DNA of 64,000 bases from Mobula hypostoma (Eukaryota): NCBI RefSeq assembly GCF_963921235.1, contig NC_086097.1, positions 3,286,001 to 3,350,000 on the forward strand, written 5' to 3'. The position numbers were made by a program, and so were the translations under genes. The notes below the pieces were generated by a model. It was not told where the DNA came from, ran no database searches, and worked only from the letters and a program-made list of their open reading frames with translations. This document shows, in pieces, positions 25,596 to 36,911 of this stretch. Every line of letters starts with the position of its first letter. The stretch's first letter is position 1.

Positions 25596-26499
25596 TGGCC
25601 ATTGTTCTACTGCGCAGCGACACCTGCACAAATATGACCTTCATGGAAGAGTCATCAGAAGACAACCTTTCCTGCGTCCTCACCGCAAAATTCAGCGTCA
25701 GAAGTTTGCAAACAAACTTGATGCATTTTGGAAACAAGTCCTGTGGACTAATGAAGTTAAAAGAGATCTTCTTGGCTGCAATAAGCAGAGGTATGTTTGG
25801 AGAAAAAAGGGTGCAGAGTTTCATGAAAAGAACCTCTCTCCAACTGTTAAGCATGGGAGTGGATCGATCATGCTTTGGGCTTGTGTTGCAGCCAGTGGCA
25901 CGGGGAACATTTCACTGGTAGAGGGAAGAATGAATTCAATTAAATACCAGCAAATTCTGGAAGCAAATATCACACTGTCTGTAAAAAAGCTGAAGATGAG
26001 AAGAGGATGGCTTCTACAACAGGATAATGATCTTAAACACACCTCAAAATCCACATGGACTACCTCAAGAGGCACAAGCTGAAGATCATCGAAAATCTGT
26101 GGATAGACCTCAAAAGAGCAGTGCATGCAAGACGACCCAAGAATCTCTCAGAACTAGAAGCCTTTTGCAAGGAAGAATGGGCGAAAAATCCCCCAAACAA
26201 GAATTGAAAGACTCTTAGCCGGCTACTAAAAGTACTTACAGGCTGTGACACTTGCCAAGGGGGGTGTTACTGAGTACTGACCATGCAGGGTGCCCAAACT
26301 TTTGCTTCAGGCCCTTTTCCTTTTTTGTTATTTTGAAACTGTAAAAGATGGAAATAAAAAAGTAAACTTGCTTAAAGTATTAAGGAAATGTGTCATCTTT
26401 AACTTCATGTCTTTTGGAAATCAGGTCATCATTTACTCGCTTAGGTATTCACAGTAACAGAAATGTTGACCAAGGTGCCCAGACTTTTGCATGCCACTG
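25596..26499 (+). mobile_element. Tc1/mariner DNA transposon, 5'-truncated, IR/DR type
   Basis: Transposase WKQVLWTNE, PTVKHGSGSIMLW, QQDND-KHTSK; direct repeats ggtgccca[a/g]acttttgc at 26289 and 26474; ends cactg followed by TA. Confidence 0.92.
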
Positions 26500-27097
26500 T
26501 ATTTTATGTATTTATATTTATTGTTTTTTATATTATAATTGAGTTCTTTATCTTACTGTGTTAATTGGATCTGGAGTAACAATTATTTCATTCTCCTCTG
26601 CACGTGTACTGGAAATGGCATTAAACAATATTAAATATGATGTTCTTGCCTGAAGGGTTGTATTTATTCCTTGTCTAGCATAGCCGCAGGGGTGGGTGTG
26701 TGTTTGTCTGGAGAGGTATCTCTACTGTGATGCCCTGAGGGGGTTTTAAATCTGCAGTGTTGGTGCATATGGAAATATATATTTATCACATTGAACAACT
26801 GTGAAAGAAGTAATGTATTGCTCCTCTCCGATCATTGGACTAAAGTTCAAATTCCTGAAATAATTCTGCAATGAAATTGGATATCATTCAGCTTCCAAGC
26901 CTCCAGCCAACTAAACCGAACTCTAGTTTAATTCTGTACACCTCTGCAGTCACAATGTTACGACATTAGCTAAAAAAGCCAGGAATTTAGATCTCAGAGA
27001 TTACCTGAGAGTCCAGGTTCGAGATAAAAGGTTGTTTAATGTAATTTCCAGTACTTAAGTGTACAGGAGAATTAAATGATTATTACTCTGGATCCAG

Positions 27098-27353
27098 GTG
27101 CCGGCTGGTGGCCTAGTGGCATCAGCGCTGGACTTCGGGGCGAGAGGTCCCGAGTTGGAATCCGGCCGGCTCCCTTGCACGCTTTCCATCCGTGCCTGGG
27201 TTGAGTGTCGAGCTAACAACTCGACCTCGTAAAAAAAAAACCTGGAGAGGGATGGGCTCCGCCAGGTTTCAGATACCCAAGACACGCTGTACGATGAGCA
27301 TACCAAAAAAAGCTTGTCATGACGGCACCCTGACAACTCCATCAGGAGGTAAG

Positions 27354-27355
<2 letters not shown>
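27098..27355 (+). mobile_element. tRNA-Pro-derived SINE ending in (CA)n
   Basis: cttcggggcgagaggtcccgagtt closely matches tRNA-Pro(CGG) anticodon and T arms; second copy at 12880-13105. Confidence 0.8.
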
Positions 27356-27396
<41 letters not shown>

Positions 27397-27416
27397 TCTC
27401 TCTCTCTCTCTCTCTC
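27356..27416. repeat. (CA)n(CT)n microsatellite
   Basis: Direct reading. Confidence 0.95.
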
Positions 27417-27894
27417 TTCCCCCCACCCCACTTAAATATAAATACATAAGACAGCTTATATACATAGTTTGTTTTTATGTCTATAAAGTAATGCTGATCA
27501 GCCTTACAGCTTGGGGAAGGTAACTATTTTTTGAGTCTGGTGTACCAGGAGTGGTTGCTATGTAGCCTTGTCCCTGATGGGAGTGTGACAAACAGTATTT
27601 AATATCGTTGTTATCAGTATTCAGTGATGACAAGGACCCTGTCTCTGAGAGTTGAGTGCTCACTAAGCACAATGTTGCCAAGGACGATGGAGAGGCCTGA
27701 GTGAAGATCGGTAGCTATTCTATGGTCATATCTTTCATAGTTATTAGCTCATATCATATGCAGGTATTCTGGATCAGTGAACAGATGGAAATTAAATCTG
27801 TATTGTACTTTGTGTGGCTAAGTAATTAGATATTACTGGTTCAAAGAAACTCTTCCACATTCATCACAGTTTCATAAACAAATCACAGGTTTCT

Positions 27895-28598
27895 CAGAAA
27901 ACATGGCAGCACCTCTACTTTCTTAGGAGCTTGCAAAGATTCAGCGTGATATCTAAAACTTTGACAAACTTCTATAGATGTGTGGTGGAGAGCATATTGA
28001 CTGGCTGCATCACAGCCTGGAATAGAAACACCAATACCCCAGAATGGAAAAGCCTACAAGAAGTAGTAGAAATAGCCTAGTATATCATGGGTAAGGCCCT
28101 CCCCATCACTGAGCACATCTACAAGAAACGCTGTCACAGGAAAGCAGCATCCATCATCAAGGGCCCCCACCACACAGGTCATGGCCTCTTCTTGCTGCTG
28201 CCATCAGGAAGGAGGTCCAGGAACTTCAGGACCTGCATCACCAGGTATCCCTCAACTATCAGACTCTTGAACCAGAGGGGATGACCACTCAACTTCACAC
28301 ACCTCACCTCTGAACTGATTCCACATACTATAGACTCACTTGCAAGGACTTTACAATTCAAGTTCTCGATATCTATTATTTATTTATTATTATAATTTTC
28401 TTTTTAAAAATCTTTTTGTAATTTCACAGTTTGTTGCCTTGCACGTTGGCTGTTTGCCTGTCTTGTTCTGTGAGGTCTTTCATTGATTCTGTTGTGTTTC
28501 TTTGTACTTACTTTGAATGCCTGTGAAAAATTATCTCAGGGTAGTATATGGTGATGCATACATACTTTATAATGAACTTACTTATAACTTTGAACTTC
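27895..28598 (+). mobile_element. Rex1-like LINE 3' fragment
   Basis: NFYRCVVESILTGCIT, KAASIIKGPHH, LLPSGRR. Confidence 0.85.
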
Positions 28599-29062
28599 AC
28601 TCCACCAACTTCTGACCGTGATTTTCTTTCTCATCTGCCTAACAATCACCCCAGTGATCTGCCGACCACCCCCACATGCCTCCCTGCTCATTTGACCAAC
28701 CATTTCATCGAATTCCTTCTTAGAATACTCTTCCCTCAACAATCCTGCTGATGCTCGCCTTCCCAACACTTCTCTCTGGCCCTTCATTCTTGGACAAAAG
28801 GAAGTTGACAATGATTCATGCCATGTGGAAAGTTCTCAATCAGATTCTTTTTTTTTGGCAAATATGCCAGGGTGCAATTAAATTCCTTGCTTTCAGTGCT
28901 CCTAGTAAAAATGTTTATCTGCAGCTGAGGAACTGCTGCCTACTTGTTCTTGCAGAAGCATAGCTCCAGGACACCATCCACATACCAGCAATTCACAGGC
29001 CATGACACTCATGGACTTGGGCTACATTAATTTTTTTGTAACTGTAGGTTTTTTTGCTGACA

Positions 29063-29280
29063 TAACTATATGTGCTGTGCGCTGTTGGTAATGTGTTTTC
29101 CACCTTGTCCCCAGAGCAACACTGTGTCATTTGGCCGTAACTATATGTGCTGTGTGCTGTTGGTAATGTGTTTTTCACCTTGGCCCCAGAGCAACACTGT
29201 TTCGTTTGGCTGTAACTATTTGTGCTGTGTGCTGTTGATAATGTGTTTTTCACCTTGGCCCCAGAGCAACACTGTTTTGG
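29063..29280. repeat. 75-bp tandem triplication inside a LINE-like 3' UTR
   Basis: Units start at 29063, 29138 and 29213. Confidence 0.92.
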
Positions 29281-29525
29281 TTACCTGTATTCATGGGTAT
29301 GACTGAATGACAACTAAACTTGAACGTGCAGTACAGCAGAATGCTGCAAATCTGAAACAGTGCAAGAGGACTTGCTAAAATAGCAATAACAGACTAAACA
29401 TGAGAGTTGAAGTTCTGAGAAAATGGCATTACCACCGGGAAGGGGATGTGAATGGCAGTCAGATAGCAGTGGGAAAGAGGCTAAGAAACTGCTCCTAAGC
29501 TTGGGCAATACAAGTCTTGCAACTC

Positions 29526-29639
29526 AAACACGAGGTTTAGTCCTGACGAAGGGTCTCGGCCCGAAACATCAACTGTACCTCTTCCTAGAGATGCTGCCTG
29601 GCCTGCTGCGTTCACCAGCAACTTTGATGTGTGTTGATT
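29526..29639 (+). mobile_element. 114-bp Penelope-end insertion with hammerhead motif and 14-bp TSD
   Basis: aagtcttgcaactc at 29512-29525 and 29640-29653; ctgacgaagggtctcggcccgaaac inside. Confidence 0.85.
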
Positions 29640-29964
29640 AAGTCTTGCAACTCTTACTTTTGGATCTCCTGGACAAGCATCTAACTTTTATTTGCTCTTA
29701 AAAGAGACCAAGTTTGGGATCAGACTGAGATGGGGTTGCCTGTGTTGGAATTTTCCTAACTTGGTGAAATTTGACTTTTTGTTTGTCTACTGTATGGTGG
29801 GGGAGTAGAGATACGTCTCTACCAAAGGAGATGTAAGGTGCTCCTTTCCTCTGCTAGCCTGCAGGTCACCCTTGATAAGGTGAGGCACCTGCTTAGCCCC
29901 ACGATTAAGGTGATATGAAGCCTTGGAAGAAGGTGGATGGTTGTATGAGCAGGAGGGGGAGGAA

Positions 29965-30165
29965 CAGAATGATTCACCTATCACCTTCTACCTTGTCCAC
30001 CTTCCACTCCCCCACCTACTTATTCTGGCTTTTTAACCCTTCCTTTCCAGTCCTGATGAAGGGTCTGGGCACAAACATCGACTGTTTATTCATTTCCATG
30101 GATGCTGCGTGACCTGCTGAGTTCCTCCAGCATTTTGTGTGTGTTGCTTTGAATTTCCATTTCTG
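29965..30165 (+). mobile_element. Penelope-derived 3' fragment with decayed hammerhead
   Basis: cagtcctgatgaagggtctgggcacaaacatcgactg...gacctgctgagttcctccagc. Confidence 0.8.
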
Positions 30166-30552
30166 TTTTATCCTGTTAACACTGACGGGGGCAAAATTTC
30201 TATATTTGCTTTGTTTAGTCATGTGCTAATTATTTTGACAAATTAGTTTTGCAAATTTAATCTATGCAAGTAGTTTAAATTCTGCTTTGCACTAATTATG
30301 GCTCAATGTTTAAAGGTTTTGCATATAACTCCTTTGTACTATTTATAAATTCTCATTATCTACAGAAATATCCAGATTGTCAGCTCCAGTTACAATCAAT
30401 TGCAATGCCTTCCAGATAGACAGATCGTTATCCTAATGAGCAATGATTACATGCACAAATGCATGCTTCTTCGACCTAGGTTCAAAGTAAATTTATTATT
30501 AAGGTATCTATATGCCACCATATAGAATGCTGAGATTCATTATTTTTTGTTT

Positions 30553-30808
30553 TTTTTATTGAGATATAGTGTAGAGTAGACTCCACTGGCCCATGGCATG
30601 GCACCAGTTTAACTCTAGCCTAGCCTGACCACGAGACAATTTACAATGACTAATTAACCTGCCAACTGATATACATTTGGACTGTGAGAAGAAAGCAGAG
30701 TGATCGTGGGGAGAGCATACCGACTCCTTACAGAAAGCAGTGGGAATTGAACCTGGGTGGCTGGTACCACAAAGTGTTGTGATAACCACTGTGCTACCTT
30801 GTTACCCC
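30553..30808 (-). mobile_element. V-SINE nested in a Rex 3' UTR
   Basis: Similar to 2850-3139. Confidence 0.7.
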
Positions 30809-31169
30809 CACTACAAAATCTATAAACAAACAGACTGACAAATCACCAATGTGCAAACGAAGACAAACTGCAAATATATAAAAAAATAATTAATTATTAA
30901 TTCTGAAAACATGAGTTGCAGAATCCTGCACACTCACACTCATTCCTGGTGTGTGCCCTGTTTAATACCAGAATTACCTGCCCATAATACTATGTGTACA
31001 AGGCACAATTTTCCAAACAGTGTTTGAGGTAAAGGCCAACATTTCCAGCAGATAGCTCAATAACGATTATTTGTTTAAGATAACTAGTTTGGTAATATCA
31101 ATGGTATGCAATTAAAGAAAGTAATACTGAAGGAATTTCATCATTTGAAATACAACCTTGAACCTAAGA

Positions 31170-31786
31170 CACTACAGATTGCACTTTCTGAGGAAGCTTA
31201 AACAAGCATCACTCCCCACTAACATCTTAACTACTTTCTACAGAGGCGTGGTTGAGAGTATGCTGACCTTTTGCATCACAACCTGGTACTCCAGCTGCAG
31301 GGCTGTCGACAAAAAAGCCTTGCAGAAGGTGGTTAGGGGAGCAGAGAAGGTTATTCGGGTCTCCGTACCTTCTGTCCAAGACCTCTTTCAGAGTCGATGC
31401 CTCGGGAAGACACGAGACATCATTAAAGACCCCTCACACCCTCTCCATGAACTGTTTGTTCTTCTGCCATCAGGCAAACGTTACAGGATCATCAAAACTA
31501 AAACCACAAGGCTACTAAACAGCTTCCTCCCACAGGCAGTCAGACTGCTAAATAGCTGCTCCACCTGACTCTGCTTTGGACACTTTTAACTTGCACTGGA
31601 CACTTATAACTGATTTAACTGACATGTGGCTATTGTGTTTTACTATTTATTGTTATGTTTATTATTTAGTGCTGTGTTTGTTATGTTATGATTGCACTGC
31701 CCCTGAGGAACGCTGTCTCATTCTGCCCTGCAGAGCTGATGTATGGTTAGAATGACAACAAAGTTTTTTGAATCTTTGAATCTTTG
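31170..31786 (+). mobile_element. Rex1/Babar LINE 3' end
   Basis: ORF 31158-31568 RLHFLRKLK..DPSHPLHELFVLLPSGKRYR; tail gaatctttgaatctttg. Confidence 0.88.
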
Positions 31787-32375
31787 CATCTTACAAATCG
31801 GAAAAAAAGCCTATACCTATGAAGCAGAGGGAAACAGGCACCAAAGTTTTTCAAAGAACAAGGGTGTAGTGGTGAGGTTTTATAAGGTGTTGGTCAGACC
31901 ACACTATTGTGAGCAGTTCTGTGTCCCTAATCAAAACAAAAAGAATGCTTTGGTATCGGAGAGGGTACAGAGGACATTCTCGAGAATGATTCTGGGAATG
32001 AATGGGTTAATGTATAGAGTCAAAGATTCCATGCCAAAAACCACTTAAACTGCCAACTCCCAACAACCTGCACCGGGACCACATCCCTCCATATCCCTAC
32101 TATCCATGTACCTGTACAAACATGAGAGCGTTTGGTGGCTCTGGGCCTGTACTCACTGGATTTTAAGAATGAGAGGGGAATCGCATTGGCACCTACCAAA
32201 TACAGAAATGCCTTGACAGACTGGATGTTTTCTATAGTGGGGGAGTCTAGGACTGGTGAGGAACAGTCTCAGAATAGAAGGACATCTATTTGGAACAGAG
32301 AAGAGGAGGAATTTCTTTAGCTAGAAGGTGGTAGGTCTGTGAAATTCATTGCTACAAATGATGTGGAGGCCAAAT

Positions 32376-34802
32376 GGAACCATGGGTGACAGGTGAGGTG
32401 GAAAATCTAGTCAGGAGGAAGAAGGCAGCATACATGAGGTTTAGGAAGCAAGGATCAGATGGGTCTATTGAGGAATATAGGGAAGCAAGAAAGGAGCTTA
32501 AGAAGGGGCAGAGAAGAGCAAGAAGAGGGCATGAGAAGGCCTTGGCGAGTAGGGTAAAGGAAAACCCCAAGGCATTCTTCAATTATGTGAAGAAAAAAAG
32601 GATGACAGGAGTGAAGGTAGGACCGATTAGAGATAAAGGTGGGAAGATGTGCCTGGAGGCTGTGGAAGTGAGCGAGGTCCTCAATGAATACTTCTCTTCG
32701 GTATTCACCAATGAGAGGGAACTTGATGATGGTGAGGACAATATGAGTGAGGTTGATGTTCTGGAGCATGCTGATATTAAGGGAGAGGAGGTCCCTGGGG
32801 CCTGACGGAATATTCCCCAGGCTGCTCCACGAGGCGAGAGAAGAGATTGCTGAGCCTCTGGCTAGGATCTTTATGTCCTCGTTGTCCACGGGAATGGTAC
32901 CGGAGGATTGGAGGGAGGCGAATGTTGTTCCCTTGTTCAAAAAAGGTAGTAGGGATAGTCCAGGTAATTATAGACCAGTGAGCCTTATGTCTGTGGTGGG
33001 AAAGCTGTTGGAAAAGATTCTTAGAGATAGGATCTATAGGCATGTAGAGAATCATGGTCTGATCAGGGACAGTCAGCATGGCTTTGTGAAGGGCAGATCG
33101 TGTCTAACAAGCCTGATAGAGTTCTTTGAGGAGGTGACCAGGCATATAGATGAGGGTAGTGCAGTGGATGTGACCTATATGGATTTTAGTAAGGCATTTG
33201 ACAAGGTTCCACATGGTAGGCTTATTCAGAAAGTTAGAAGGCATGGGATCCAGGGAAGTTTGTCCAGGTGGATTCAGAATTGGCTTGCCTGCAGAAGGCA
33301 GAGGGTGGTGGTGGAGGGAGTACATTCAGATTGGAGGATTGTGACTAGTGGTGTCCCACAAGGATCTGTTCTGGGACCTCTACTTTTCGTGATTTTTATT
33401 AACGACCTGGATGTGGGGGTAGAAGGGTGGGTTGGCAAGTTTGCAGACGACACAAAGGTTGGTGGTGTTGTAGATAGTGTAGAGGATTTTCAAAGATTGC
33501 AGAGAGACATTGATAGGATACAGAAGTGGGCTGAGAAGTGGCAGATGGAGTTCAACCCGGAGAAGTGTGAGGTGGTACACTTTGGAAGGACAAACTCCAA
33601 GGCAGAGTACAAAGTAAATGGCCGGATACTTGGTCGTGTGGAGGAGCAGAGGGATCTCGGGGTACATGTCCACAGATCCCTGAAAGTTGCTTCACAGGTG
33701 GATAGGGTAGTTAAGAAAGCTTATGGGGTGTTAGCTTTAATAAGTCGAGGGATAGAGTTTAAGAGTTGCGATGTAATGATGCAGCTCTATAAAACTCTGG
33801 TTAGGCCACACTTGGAGTACTGTGTCCAGTTCTGGTCACCTCACTATAGGAAGGATGTGGAAGCATTGGAAAGGGTACAGAGGAGATTTAACAGGAAATT
33901 TATTGTTCACCATTTGTGGCCATGTCCTGAACTCTCATGGTTGGATTATCAGTAACTCCTTTCTGAAACTTTGCTATCTCTCTCCTCACTGAAGACATAA
34001 AACCCACATACTTGATTAAACGCTGTATTCCTGTGCCCTGTCAAATTGTGTTGGATTCCCTACAAGAATCACTAAAGGTTAACTTGCAAGTTGAGTGAGG
34101 AGGGCAAATGAAATGTTAGCATTCATTTTGAAAGGACGAGAATATAAAGCAAGCAGGTAATGCTGAGGCTTTATAAGACGGTGACAGGCTGTATCACTCT
34201 CTGGTGTGGGGAGCTACTGCACAGGACTGAAAGAAGCTGCAGAGGGTTGTAAATTTAGTCGACTCCATCTTGAGTACTAGCCTGCATCTTCAAGGAGTGG
34301 GTTCCTTTCCACATCAACTCTGTCTAGGCCTTTCTACATTCAAAAGATTTACCAGGATGCTGCCTGGTTTAGAGAGTATGCGTTATGATCAGAGATTAAG
34401 GGAGCTAGGGCTTTACTCTTTGGAGAGATGGAGGATGAGAGGAGACATGATAGAGGTGTACAAGATAATAAGAGGAATAGATAGAGTGGATTGCCAGTGC
34501 CTCTTCCCCAGGGCACCACTGCTCAATACAAGAGGACATGGCTTTAAGGTAAGGGGTGGGAAGTTCAAGGGGGATATTAGAGGAAGGTTTTTTACTCAGA
34601 GAGTGGTTGGTGCGTGGAATGCACTGCCTGCGTCAGTGGTGGAGGCAGATACACTAGTGAAGTTTAAGAGACTGCTAGACAGGTATATGGAGGAATCTAA
34701 GGTGGGGGCTTATATGGGAGGCAGGGTTTGAGGGTTGGCACAACATTGTGGGCCGAAGGGCCTGTACTGTGCTGTACTATTCTATGTTCTATGTTCTATG
34801 TT
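32376..34802 (+). mobile_element. Young 5'-truncated CR1 LINE containing a 450-bp foreign insert
   Basis: RT ORF 32747-33955 (QHGF, DFSKAFDKVPH, GVPQGSVLGP, KFADDTK); (ttctatg)n tail; TSD caaat 32371-32375 / 34803-34807 within an older CR1. Confidence 0.95.
33895..34344 (+). repeat. Local duplication of 48774-49223
   Basis: Near-identical direct copy about 14.88 kb upstream of its partner. Confidence 0.95.
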
Positions 34803-34929
34803 CAAATCATTGAGTGTATTTAAAGTGAAGGTTAGTAGGTTCTTGATTTGTCAGGGTGTCAAAGGTTACAAGGAGAAAACAGGAGAACGGGGTTGAGTGG
34901 TATAATATAATGAGCAGACTTGGTGACCC

Positions 34930-35679
34930 TGTTATGTACCAGCAGCAATACATCACAAACTGAGTCAGGTTTTAATGTTAAAATACTATATTTATTAGTA
35001 TCTACTCAAAATATAGAAAATTAAATGAAATAAACAGAAGTTAACAGTGATATGTGCATGTGTGGCTCCCAAACTGTCAAGATTAGGAATAATTCTTAAA
35101 ATCTTAAGTTGGCAAACTAGAAAAGTCCAGTAATCCACAGAGTAAGTGAGGGGAGAAACTTGTAAACCCACATTAAAATGTAGAGAGGAGGCGATCACAA
35201 AGAATTCCACAAGTTCCACGCTGGGAAAACGAAGTAACAGTCGCCGAAGATCTTATCCATGGAGTCGTCCCGAAATCCACGTAGAAGTATCACAAGGTGA
35301 CAGTCACTGAATATTCCTTAGCACCAGTGGTTACCACATAACCTACCCGAAACCATGTAAGGGTTAACAAAGGTGGTCGCCACAGGATACTCCAACAAAA
35401 TCCACGTATGGATCATATGAAGTGACAGTCACGCATCCAATGTGCACTGTGTGCCATTGATCAACCCAATCCTTTGGGCATGGGAAAGTATCAGATTTTA
35501 TCCATTGTTGCAGCAAGCTCCTGCCAGCAGCTTGCAGTCCAAAACTTCCTCTCTCTCTCTCCTTCTCCTCTGAAAGTCCCAGTGGTCTGTCGCAGCTTGT
35601 TATACTGACGTCATTGCCTTGCCTCATCCAGGCGTTTTAAAGTGACACCTACAGTAAATGAAACCGTGGTCACGCAACA
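34930..35679 (-). repeat. 3' LTR of the Gmr1-like element
   Basis: TG..CA ends; PPT ttttggggggagg abuts it on the minus strand; homologous to 38924-39773. Confidence 0.92.
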
Positions 35680-35856
35680 CCTCCCCCCAAAAAGGGAAAA
35701 TTTTGATCTGTAAGAGCAAAATTTTAACTGCAAACTACAATATGTGAATCAATACATTTATGGTTACCATATAACATACTACAGACTAATATAACATATT
35801 GCAGAAGAGTATACAAATAGTAAATTCCACTCCACTATTAAAAGTACATAGCAACC

Positions 35857-36905
35857 TTAACATCTGGAAAGACAATTGACAATTATATTATCCTTGCCTT
35901 TAATGCGAGTTATCATGAGATTATACTCCTGCAAAATCAAACTCCAATTCAACAACCTTCTATTTTTGTTCTTCACCTTACTCAAGAACACCAATGGATT
36001 ATGATCTGTATAAACCACAAGTGGTTTCTGAGCTGGGCAAACATGCACATCAAAATGCTGCAAAGCCAAAATAAGTGATAATAATTCCTTCTCGATGGTG
36101 GAATAATTTCTTTGATGCTCATTGAATTTCTTTGAAAAGTAAGCCACAGGATGGTCAACATCATCATAATCATCCCTTTGTAGTAACACTGCTCCTGCAG
36201 CTTCATCACTGGCATCTACGGCTATGGAAAATAGCTTTGCAAAGTCAGGTGACTTGAGCACAGGTTGGTGACATAAGATGGCTTTCGATTTATCAAATGC
36301 CTCCTGACAAGGCTCTGTCCAAACAAACTTCTCACCCTTTTTCAGGAGGTTAGTCAATGGGAGATGAACATCAGCAAAGTTCTTACAGAACTTGCGATAA
36401 TATCTGACCATTCCCAGGAATCTTCAAAGAGCTTTTTTACCAGTTGAAATGGGAACTTCAGAAATTGCCTGAACAGGAGCCAACCTGCCTTGACCAACAA
36501 CATAACCAATATAGGTCACAGTGGCATGGCCAAGTTCACTCTTAGCTAAGTTAACTGTAAGGATGACCTTTGAGAGCCTGTCAGACAGCTTTTCCACTGC
36601 AGAGATATGGGTTTCCCAGGTGTCATTCCCTATGACTAAATCATCAATCTAGGTATCAGTGTGTTCTAACCCTTGAATTACAGAATTAATCATTCTCTGG
36701 AATGTTCCCAGAGCATCTCTCATTCCAAATGGCAGAACATTGTACTAATACAACCCAGAAGGCATTACAAATGCAGAAATTTCTCTACCTCTATCTGTTA
36801 ATGGACCACACCAACACCCTTTCAACAGATCGATCTTTGTAAGAAACTTAGCCTTTCCAACCTTGTCTACACAATCATCCACTCTAGGGATGGGATAAGC
36901 ATCTC
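35857..36905 (-). pseudogene. RT-RNase H remnant
   Basis: AYPIPRVDDC, KIDLLKG, PFGM, *IDD; RNase H VDASD..YFSKK..YSTIEKELL..TDHNPL..NCLSRC*. Confidence 0.9.
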
Positions 36906-36911
36906 AGCTGG

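Noticed and set aside
27098..27175. Functional tRNA-Pro gene
   Set aside because: D and anticodon stems and B box are altered, and it runs straight into a SINE body shared with another copy
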